A stretch of DNA of 64,000 nt from a virus (lineage: Duplodnaviria > Caudoviricetes): the IMG/VR virus record IMGVR_UViG_2561511197_000003, positions 2,976 to 66,975 of that record, one strand, 5' to 3'. This document shows, piece by piece, positions 57,319 to 64,000 of this stretch (positions are counted from its first letter, which is position 1; every line of letters begins with the position of its first letter). The position numbers and the translations under genes are program-made. The notes below the pieces were generated by a model. It searched no databases. It saw only the letters and a list, made by a program, of their open reading frames with translations, and was not told the DNA's origin.

Positions 57319-58026
57319 CTAGGGTTTGTTGAGGGCGTTTTCAGTGCCGTTATTGATTTGGTCTTTGCGTTGAAAGGTGGCCACCGCACCCCCTTTGAGC
57401 CGGATTTCAGCCCGCTCGACCATCACCGCCCGGTCGTCCAGCCCGATGGGCATGGGCCACAGCCAACGCAGCGGATCATTGATGTCGGCCTCGACGCCCC
57501 CGGTGAACGGGTTGGCCGGGACGCCACTGACGATCACCTGCGACACGGCCAGCGTGCGGGGGCCGTGAAAGATTTCCAGGTACGGCCCCACGTGCACGTA
57601 GGCGCCGCGCCGGGTGAGTTTAGCGGTGCGCTCCAGGGAGGCTACCGTTCCAGCCGGCACGAAGGAGGTACTGCCCACCAGCACACCCGTGATGTAGGAA
57701 GTGCCGCCCCGGTTGGCGTAGGTACCGATCGTTGCGCGGCGGCGATGCAGCTGCTGGGAGGGCGTCATGGTCGGCTCATCAACGCGGCTCAGCGTCACCG
57801 TGCGGGTAACGATGCGCTGGGGATCGGCCGCCAGATTATTGCGAAACTCCAGCGCATCGCCGCTTTTTCGAATAAACGCGTACTGCTCGATGAGCAGATC
57901 CTCAATTTCCCGAATGCCGATCGTGGCGTCGTCGGTAACCGCTCCACCATAGACGTTCTGCTGCACCCGCATGGCCAGCGCGCGCAGCGAGTCGGGATGC
58001 ACACTTAGGCTGTCAGATTGTTCCAT
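57319..58026 (-). CDS. Putative tail ring protein
   Basis: DDATIGIREIE...VIVSGVPANP...WPMP...DQINN, as recalled for crAss-like ring proteins. Confidence 0.6.
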   Translation of the reverse strand: MEQSDSLSVHPDSLRALAMRVQQNVYGGAVTDDATIGIREIEDLLIEQYAFIRKSGDALEFRNNLAADPQRIVTRTVTLSRVDEPTMTPSQQLHRRRATIGTYANRGGTSYITGVLVGSTSFVPAGTVASLERTAKLTRRGAYVHVGPYLEIFHGPRTLAVSQVIVSGVPANPFTGGVEADINDPLRWLWPMPIGLDDRAVMVERAEIRLKGGAVATFQRKDQINNGTENALNKP

Positions 58027-58559
58027 ATCATGTCGAGCGAAATCATCCCCCCCGTACCCAGCGCCCGAACTAACTCCGTTTCCTGTTCGGCCAGGTCTTT
58101 AGTGAGGTCTTTGAGGTACTTGTTGAGGTCGGTTTTACTTTTGATATTCTTGGTAATTTCGTCCGGTTTATTGGCGTCGAGCTTGATGGCCGTCAGCGTC
58201 TGGTTACAGGAAATGATTTCCTCGGTTAAGCTCAGCCAGCGTTCCAGACTCGGCATTTGCAGGAAGCTGTAGAGTTCCTTGGCGGCCTCGGGAAACAGCT
58301 TATCGGTGTAGAGTTTGGTAGGGTAGGTTGCCCGCCCACTCGCTTGTTTGTTGATGCCCCGTTGCCGCAGGGTGTCGATCACCTGTTCGTCGCGGTCGGC
58401 ATCCGCCGTGAGGTGGCGCAGCAGCAGGGGATGGGAAAACCAGGCCACGTAGTGTAGCCCGGCATCCCCCCAGCGGTTATAGATTGATTGCAGGGCTGGC
58501 TTTTGCAACACCACGTCGGTGACGAAGGAAAAGCCAGCCTCGGGATCAAAAATGACCAT
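58005..58559 (-). CDS. crAss-like helical protein (possible terminase small subunit)
   Basis: LHYVAWFSHP motif and a C-terminal coiled coil ending VRALGTGG. Function inferred. Confidence 0.45.
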   Translation of the reverse strand: MVIFDPEAGFSFVTDVVLQKPALQSIYNRWGDAGLHYVAWFSHPLLLRHLTADADRDEQVIDTLRQRGINKQASGRATYPTKLYTDKLFPEAAKELYSFLQMPSLERWLSLTEEIISCNQTLTAIKLDANKPDEITKNIKSKTDLNKYLKDLTKDLAEQETELVRALGTGGMISLDMIWNNLTA

Positions 58560-58562
58560 GCC

Positions 58563-59378
58563 TTATTCGGATTTTGGCGCAGCAGGCGCCCGACGACGCG
58601 ATGATTTTGCGGGCGGTGCCTGCGTACCCCCATCACCCTGACTGCCATCACCCTGACTGCCATCACCTTGGTTGCCGTCGCCCTGGCTGCTGTCACCGCC
58701 CTCTTCGACACCCTGGCCGTTGTTGACTTGGTCACTATCGCCCTGTGCACCGTCCTGCTGTGCACCGTCCTGCTGGCTATCATCGGCCGATTTATTATCA
58801 CCCGCGCCTTCATTTCCCGCCTCAGCGTCGTCAGCCGAACCGCCCACCGGTGGAACTATCGGATCGGGGACCGCTTGCCCGGTCTTATCATCCGTTGAGT
58901 CGCCAGTAGTGGGCGAATTGGATTCAGCCCCCTCAGTTTTAGCATCGGTGACCAGTGACTGATCCCACTCTTTGTAGCCTTGTTGGCTGGCCGTCATTAC
59001 CTCGCCATCGGGCGTTGTGGGCGGGAGCTGATCAGACGGCGTAGACTCCTCTCCTATCATCGGCGAACCAGACCTTACACCTACAATACCACTTGTCTTG
59101 GCGTCATACAGCGCCTGAAGGGTTTCATCGACGGGCGGCTCGGTGGCATCCTTCCAGCTGACCATGTAATAGTCGTCCAGACCCTCCACGGGCGTCAGCG
59201 TGTACTTACCGTCTTCTTCCAACAGGGTTTTATTCGCCGCTGAGACGCGCACCATGCCGCCCAGCGATAGGTCGCCACCGTCAGCTGCCTGTTCGATGGC
59301 CGCCAGGATGGTCTTTAACTCCAGCCGCTCAGGGCTATACGTGGTGGCCAGTTGCTTGGCCTCATGCGCAGTAAACAT
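58563..59378 (-). CDS. Acidic low-complexity protein with QGDG(S/N) repeats
   Basis: Tandem 15-bp repeats at about 58630-58775. Confidence 0.7.
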   Translation of the reverse strand: MFTAHEAKQLATTYSPERLELKTILAAIEQAADGGDLSLGGMVRVSAANKTLLEEDGKYTLTPVEGLDDYYMVSWKDATEPPVDETLQALYDAKTSGIVGVRSGSPMIGEESTPSDQLPPTTPDGEVMTASQQGYKEWDQSLVTDAKTEGAESNSPTTGDSTDDKTGQAVPDPIVPPVGGSADDAEAGNEGAGDNKSADDSQQDGAQQDGAQGDSDQVNNGQGVEEGGDSSQGDGNQGDGSQGDGSQGDGGTQAPPAKSSRRRAPAAPKSE

Positions 59379-59383
59379 ATCAA

Positions 59384-61840
59384 TTAGGATTTATTGGTTG
59401 ACTCGTTTTCGTGTTCGCGCTTGTAGTCCAGCTCCATTTCTTTGAGCTTGAGTTCTTTGCGCTCGTTGATCTCGGCAACGGCTTTGTCGCCTTCGTTCTT
59501 CTTCTCCTGAAGCGCCAAATCGAACTGCTGCTTTTCGCGCTGCTGTTGCAACTGGATCTCGGCCGTTTTCTGACCCGCTGCGGCTTCGTCGGCCTTACGC
59601 TGCTGCTGCTGCTGGTTGATCTGCCGCAGCTTGGCCAGCCCCTCGGTGGGGTTATCTTCCACCTGAATGGTCATCAGCGCCTCGTATTCTTCGGCGGACG
59701 CACTGGCAGCCATAATTTTGACCATTTCGGTCAACAGTTGCTTTTTGTCGGCCAGCGACTTACCCGATTGCAGGTAGATCCCAAAGTCAGCCAGGCTTAG
59801 ACTGGTCGTCAATCGAAGTACCTGCTGCTCACGTTCCGACAACCGCACCACCATATCGGCGTCTTTGGCGTACAGAAACTTGAGGATATCGGCCGCCGTC
59901 TGCAGGACCTGGGTCATCAGGTCGTTGTGCTCCATGTTGAAATCGACGTTCAGCAGCTGCTGCCCGGCCAGATTCATCTGCTGTTTGGTGGCCGACTGGT
60001 AGGGGTTACCCGCTCCCTGCACGTCGGCGCCGTTGCCGACCCGCACCTCGTAGCCCTGCTTAATGGTCCGAATCATCATGAACAGATCGGCGATCTGCTT
60101 CAGGTCATTCGACACTTTCACTGTCGTCAGGTGTTTGAGCGCGGCGGGGTTGTTGCGTTCGTACTCGCTCGAATCAATGCGGACGACGCCCGACTGCTTG
60201 ATGTTGTAGAGGTAGGTGATCGGATCATGCCCGTGCACGTCGTCGACAATCAGTGCCTCCTCGTAGCCCATGCCCGCGACAAACTGGTTGATCTTCTGGT
60301 GCAGGATGTTCACCTTGACGGCATCCTCTTCCCCCAGTTTGACCATCGACTTATCGTAAGACACCCGCAGGGCGATCGGCCAGTTGATGCGGTCCCGCTC
60401 GGAGGTGTCAGTAGCCCAGTCGGGTTGGTGCTCATATGGCCCGATGTCGAAAAAGTCGGCGTGGCCCACGCGCAGAAACGTCCACAACTCGGGTTTACCG
60501 TAGGTCATCACCAGCCCACCCGCGCCTTTGTCTTTGTCGGCCAGCGGCGAGAAGTCAATCGAATGACTGATGTTGGCGCGGTTGACGCGCCAGGCCTCGA
60601 TTTCGCGTTTGGTGGGGCGGCTCCGCTGCCCGTTCTCCACCTTATGCACCAGAAACCGTTTCTCGCGCAGCATGGTAAAGTAGTTGCGTTGCACCAGCAT
60701 CTGCCGCTGCAGGCGATTGCCCATGTAGTACGCCGGATAAAACAGGTTGTTCATCCAGTTGTATTGCATGGGCACGGCCGAACCATCCGGGGTCCACAGC
60801 GCCGAATAACCCTGCTCGGTAAAGTACGAGGCGTGCGGGTCGTAGTAGGGTAAACCGTACTTACGGGTGTTTTCCAGCGACTCGAAAAAGGAAAAGACGC
60901 CCTTCAGTCCCGTTCCCGGTTTGGTGAAATAGGTGGTGCCGTAGCGATTGAACAGCTCCGAGAGCGTCATGTAGTCGTTCACCTGGCAGGCAAACACGCT
61001 CGGGTCGTGCAGCGTCTCGATCGGTCGCCCACCCGACAGCCACCGCACCTGGTTGGGGTGCACCGGCTCAGCCACCAGTTCGGTTCCTTTGCGCACGTCC
61101 AGGTGGACGGCCTGGGCATTCAGATCAAATTTGTGGCCCAGCGTGGCGCGCACCATCCGGCGAAACGAGGGCTGAAACGTCAGGTGCTTGAGCAGCTTGG
61201 TCATGATGCCCTCCACCTGCTCGACACCTGTCGCATAAGCCAGCCAGTCGTCGGGGGCTTTGGGTACCTTAATCTTGGGGTTGATCAGCGCGCGGGCGGC
61301 CCCGTCCCCTTCACTGGCCATCTGCCCAAAAAGCGCCTGTGTCAGCATGGCCGCGCCACGATCGGCATCGTCGAGAATCGACTGCTTGGCGAAGGCCTGG
61401 CTAATGTTGCTGGCCGAAAACTCAATGGGCTGCCCGATGATCTGGGCGATAAGCGTCTTTTTGGCTTCCTCGAAAAAATGATTGTCCTTCAGGGGTAGCA
61501 CCGGCCCCTGCCCAAACAACAACAGCATGGGGTCGTAATCATCCCTACGCAGTTTTCCGGCGGCAACCTCACTCTGATAGGGCTTGTTGGGATTGTGTGA
61601 CCCGTAGAGCGGATGCGGATTGAGCAGCATCACGTCGGATAACTGCTGGCAATGCCGAATCAACTCAGCCGGTTTTTTAGCAAACGCATCGCGCCAGGTC
61701 AGCACCGGCTGGTTCAGTACGTGGCTGGTGTAACTGGTAATGGCACCGTAGACCGGGGCGGGTACCCCCGACTGCCCCAGCAGCGCGCTGCGGTAATTTT
61801 CTTCGTGTTGCTGGAGTAGCGTTTGCATGGAAAGCAGCAC
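59384..61840 (-). CDS. Portal protein (crAss-like)
   Basis: 818 aa. Segments VHPNQV, PELWTFLRVG, KSMVKL...LHQKINQ, DFGIYL and a Q/E-rich C-terminal coiled coil follow the crAss-like portal pattern. Confidence 0.75.
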   Translation of the reverse strand: MLLSMQTLLQQHEENYRSALLGQSGVPAPVYGAITSYTSHVLNQPVLTWRDAFAKKPAELIRHCQQLSDVMLLNPHPLYGSHNPNKPYQSEVAAGKLRRDDYDPMLLLFGQGPVLPLKDNHFFEEAKKTLIAQIIGQPIEFSASNISQAFAKQSILDDADRGAAMLTQALFGQMASEGDGAARALINPKIKVPKAPDDWLAYATGVEQVEGIMTKLLKHLTFQPSFRRMVRATLGHKFDLNAQAVHLDVRKGTELVAEPVHPNQVRWLSGGRPIETLHDPSVFACQVNDYMTLSELFNRYGTTYFTKPGTGLKGVFSFFESLENTRKYGLPYYDPHASYFTEQGYSALWTPDGSAVPMQYNWMNNLFYPAYYMGNRLQRQMLVQRNYFTMLREKRFLVHKVENGQRSRPTKREIEAWRVNRANISHSIDFSPLADKDKGAGGLVMTYGKPELWTFLRVGHADFFDIGPYEHQPDWATDTSERDRINWPIALRVSYDKSMVKLGEEDAVKVNILHQKINQFVAGMGYEEALIVDDVHGHDPITYLYNIKQSGVVRIDSSEYERNNPAALKHLTTVKVSNDLKQIADLFMMIRTIKQGYEVRVGNGADVQGAGNPYQSATKQQMNLAGQQLLNVDFNMEHNDLMTQVLQTAADILKFLYAKDADMVVRLSEREQQVLRLTTSLSLADFGIYLQSGKSLADKKQLLTEMVKIMAASASAEEYEALMTIQVEDNPTEGLAKLRQINQQQQQRKADEAAAGQKTAEIQLQQQREKQQFDLALQEKKNEGDKAVAEINERKELKLKEMELDYKREHENESTNKS

Positions 61841-61940
61841 CCCATAGGGGTGAACTACTCAAAGCTATCCGCTCCACAGCTTGCGCGGTACGAGACTACA
61901 GACACGACGACGAAAAGAACAGCCGCTACGGCGCAACCCG

Positions 61941-62624
61941 TTACAGGGTGGGGCCACTGATGCCCAGCGGCGCGTCGATGCGGTACGTTTGGTACACGTA
62001 GGGTCGCTGCAGCTTGCGTACCGACTGACGCCCCGTTGCCGTTTCCAGTACCAGATACTCCTGCACGATCTTTTCCAGCCAGCCAATCTCGAAACCTTCG
62101 GCCGTGCGGACCACCAGCAAGGCGCCCAGCGGCGGCAATTCGTCCTCGGTTACCAGCCGGGTAATCAGCAGCGTGTCGGCCAGCAAACGCGGGGGCGGTA
62201 CCGAGCCCAGCACAAAGCCCACGTGCTCGTCGTTCAGCAGCGGATGCACGTAGTAGGTAAACCCCTGCCGACCCCGACTGGCGTGAAAAGTGGCCAGGCT
62301 GTCGGGCAGCACCAGCTTCAGGTTACCGCGCTTGGCTTCCGTAGGGTTGGTTTTCGCGCGCTGTACGCTGGTGAAGTGCGGCCCCTGGTTGTGGAGAATG
62401 TACGCCCGTGAGGCGCCCAGGTGCTTCACGTACAGATCCACCGTCAGCCGGCCGATGGGCACCCGGCCGTTTTCCAGCGACGATATGAGCGTTTGTCGGC
62501 CCGAGGCGGCGTAACCGAACAGTTCGCCCAGCTCGTGCTGCTTAAGGTCTTTTTCCCGCCGCAGCTGCCGGAGCCGCATACCGATTTCTTTGAGTTGTTC
62601 AGGGGTAAACTTATACTCGACCAT
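61941..62624 (-). CDS. XRE-family HTH regulator (repressor-like)
   Basis: IGMRLRQLRREKDLKQHELG...ISSLENG. The C-terminus is S24-like but degenerate. Confidence 0.8.
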   Translation of the reverse strand: MVEYKFTPEQLKEIGMRLRQLRREKDLKQHELGELFGYAASGRQTLISSLENGRVPIGRLTVDLYVKHLGASRAYILHNQGPHFTSVQRAKTNPTEAKRGNLKLVLPDSLATFHASRGRQGFTYYVHPLLNDEHVGFVLGSVPPPRLLADTLLITRLVTEDELPPLGALLVVRTAEGFEIGWLEKIVQEYLVLETATGRQSVRKLQRPYVYQTYRIDAPLGISGPTL

Positions 62625-62626
62625 GG

Positions 62627-64000
62627 TCAGGGTTGGGGGGTTAATAGCAGGTGATCAATGGCATCGTCGAGTTCCGAATCCCCAAACGGTGCGAAATAGG
62701 TGTTGGTCTGTTCTTCGGTGGCGTGATCCATCAGGTCGGAAATCAGCGAGCCCGCCACTTTCTTTTTGCGGAGCGTGGTGGCCATCGTGTGCCGAAATAC
62801 GTAGAATGTGAAGTCTTCAGGATCGATGCCTACCGCATCGGCGATCGTTTTCAGGTTCACGTTGATGCGGTCGGAGGTGTCTTTGCGCCGGGTTTCGATC
62901 TGCTTGGGCGTTTTGTGGGTGTGCCGGTTGAGGATAAACGAAAACACGTACTGCTCGTCATCCCATTTGCCCACAGGTCGGTAGCGGTCAATGATCGCCC
63001 GCGCTGGCGGCAGCAGCTTAAGCCGGAACTTGCCTTTCGTCTTGCGGCGGGTGTAGTGCACCCGCACGACCCCATCCTGATCGGGGCGGATGTCGCGCCA
63101 GCGCAGGTGAATGAGGTCCACGAAGTTGATGCCCGCCACGTAGTAGGAGAACAGCGCCAGGTCCTTGGCGTACTGAAGCCAGACGACCTGGTGGGCATTC
63201 TTCATCTTCCAGTAATCGCCGTCGGCCTGTTTAGTGTGGGTGCCCACGGGTACGTACCCAATGAAGGCTTCCAGCTGTTCGACTGATATGGCGCGCGGCT
63301 CGGTGTCGGCCGAGAATTTGGCGATGGAGAACCGGTGCTTCTCCCCGGCCCGTTCCGTGAAGGGGTACGCCGACGCGTCGTACTGTTTTTCAGCAATGGC
63401 CAGGTTAAGCAGTTTTCGCAGCGAGGAGAAGCGCTGGCGCATGGTGTTTTCACTCAGGCCTTCCTTCCGCATCCAGGTTTCCAGCCGGTTTAAAAACCGC
63501 ACGTCGACCCAGGACAGCGGCACGTCGATGTTATCCAGAAACACGGCCAGCCGGTTGCGTAGTTGTTGGTAGACGCCCGCCGTGCCGATGCGCCCCGCCT
63601 CGCGGAGTTCAGCGACGACCTGATCGATAAACGGCAACAGCATCACCGTTGGCCCCGTGCTGCTGCCCCGCTGCTGATTGGCTTCCGCCAGCACGTCCTC
63701 GGCCGTGTGAGGCCCTTTGAGTTGCAGGGTTTTGGCGGCGGCTTTGTAGCGTTTTTCCCAGTTGTCGATTTCGGTCAGCAGCTCGTCGCGCTCCGCGTCG
63801 GGCAGCGTGCGCCGAATCGTGGCGCGCTTGTCGTCCCAGTGCTTGGCGGGCAGCGACAGGCCCGTGGCCACGTACTTGGAGCGGCGGTTCTTGGTGACCC
63901 GGACCATAAACGGGTGGCTCCCATCAGCCAGCGTCTTTTGCGTATAGTAGATTACGTTGACCGTGGCAAGCCCTTCTTTATGTGCGGTGGTACGCGACAT
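62627..64000 (-). CDS. Tyrosine integrase (Bacteroidota type: arm-binding + SAM-like + catalytic domains)
   Basis: VRVTKNRRSKYVATG...W; GINFVDL; YTRRKT; YVFRHTMAT; MDH; TNTY. Confidence 0.92.
   Translation of the reverse strand: MSRTTAHKEGLATVNVIYYTQKTLADGSHPFMVRVTKNRRSKYVATGLSLPAKHWDDKRATIRRTLPDAERDELLTEIDNWEKRYKAAAKTLQLKGPHTAEDVLAEANQQRGSSTGPTVMLLPFIDQVVAELREAGRIGTAGVYQQLRNRLAVFLDNIDVPLSWVDVRFLNRLETWMRKEGLSENTMRQRFSSLRKLLNLAIAEKQYDASAYPFTERAGEKHRFSIAKFSADTEPRAISVEQLEAFIGYVPVGTHTKQADGDYWKMKNAHQVVWLQYAKDLALFSYYVAGINFVDLIHLRWRDIRPDQDGVVRVHYTRRKTKGKFRLKLLPPARAIIDRYRPVGKWDDEQYVFSFILNRHTHKTPKQIETRRKDTSDRINVNLKTIADAVGIDPEDFTFYVFRHTMATTLRKKKVAGSLISDLMDHATEEQTNTYFAPFGDSELDDAIDHLLLTPQP

Larger units (their letters stand above)
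1..64000. mobile_element. Temperate crAss-like phage / prophage of a Bacteroidota host (partial; both ends outside the window)
   Basis: Contains an integrase, XRE regulator, crAss-like portal, muzzle, capsid and TerL N-terminus, many short phage-type ORFs and tRNAs. No host housekeeping operon is seen. Confidence 0.85.

Noticed and set aside
58630-58775. Tandem 15-bp repeats as a CRISPR or ncRNA array
   Set aside because: In-frame coding repeats (QGDGS/QQDGA) with no spacers.
34793-63947. Numerous + strand ORFs opposite the late genes (e.g. 47055-48113, 59927-60853)
   Set aside because: Antisense shadows expected from the high GC3 of the - strand genes; no recognisable motifs.
1-64000. Stop-codon reassignment as in some crAss-like phages
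   Set aside because: Genes are full length in the standard code, all three stops are used, and no suppressor tRNA is seen.
1-64000. Diversity-generating retroelement, retron, CRISPR array or self-splicing intron
   Set aside because: No reverse transcriptase, cas gene, repeat-spacer array or split gene was recognised by eye.
62627-64000. Integrase inactive because the first catalytic Arg is missing (GINFVDL)
   Set aside because: This variant is common in Bacteroidota integrases as recalled, and the K, RH, H and Y residues are present. It is not evidence of a pseudogene.
61841-64000. att site
   Set aside because: No partner repeat or host junction is visible; the window ends at the integrase start codon.

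Overview
The whole window appears to be part of one large temperate phage or prophage of a Bacteroidota host. The phage DnaN and integrase look Cytophagales/Spirosoma-like by recognition; no search was run. The virion genes resemble those of crAss-like phages and lie on the - strand in two blocks. The left block (1-6129) holds the N-terminus of TerL, accessory head/ring proteins, the major capsid protein and the scaffold. The right block (34657-61840) holds the portal, ring proteins, muzzle, two cargo proteins and a 4187-aa DarB-like helicase/methyltransferase polyvalent protein, and sits directly behind a tyrosine integrase and an XRE regulator. Between the blocks are: (1) a + strand middle region with an ECF sigma factor, a DEDDh exonuclease and a DnaA-CTD-like protein; (2) a - strand cluster of one initiator-like tRNA-Met, two aberrant tRNA-like RNAs and structured spacers; (3) a candidate origin/terminus with iteron-like repeats and a G4 tract; (4) a long + strand early region. 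The early region starts at an operator-overlapped Bacteroidota promoter and contains a ~250-nt structured RNA closed by a twister ribozyme, a hammerhead ribozyme, and strong GATC avoidance. It also encodes Sak/Rad52, a beta clamp, a PRTRC (Ubl-E2-E1) cassette and a NuiA-like nuclease inhibitor. The best leads are the ribozyme-processed early ncRNA, the phage-borne ubiquitin-like system beside a clamp and many clamp-binding motifs, the tRNA with a 14-nt insertion at 37/38, and nested +1-frame genes inside the giant gene. All family assignments come from motif recognition by eye.
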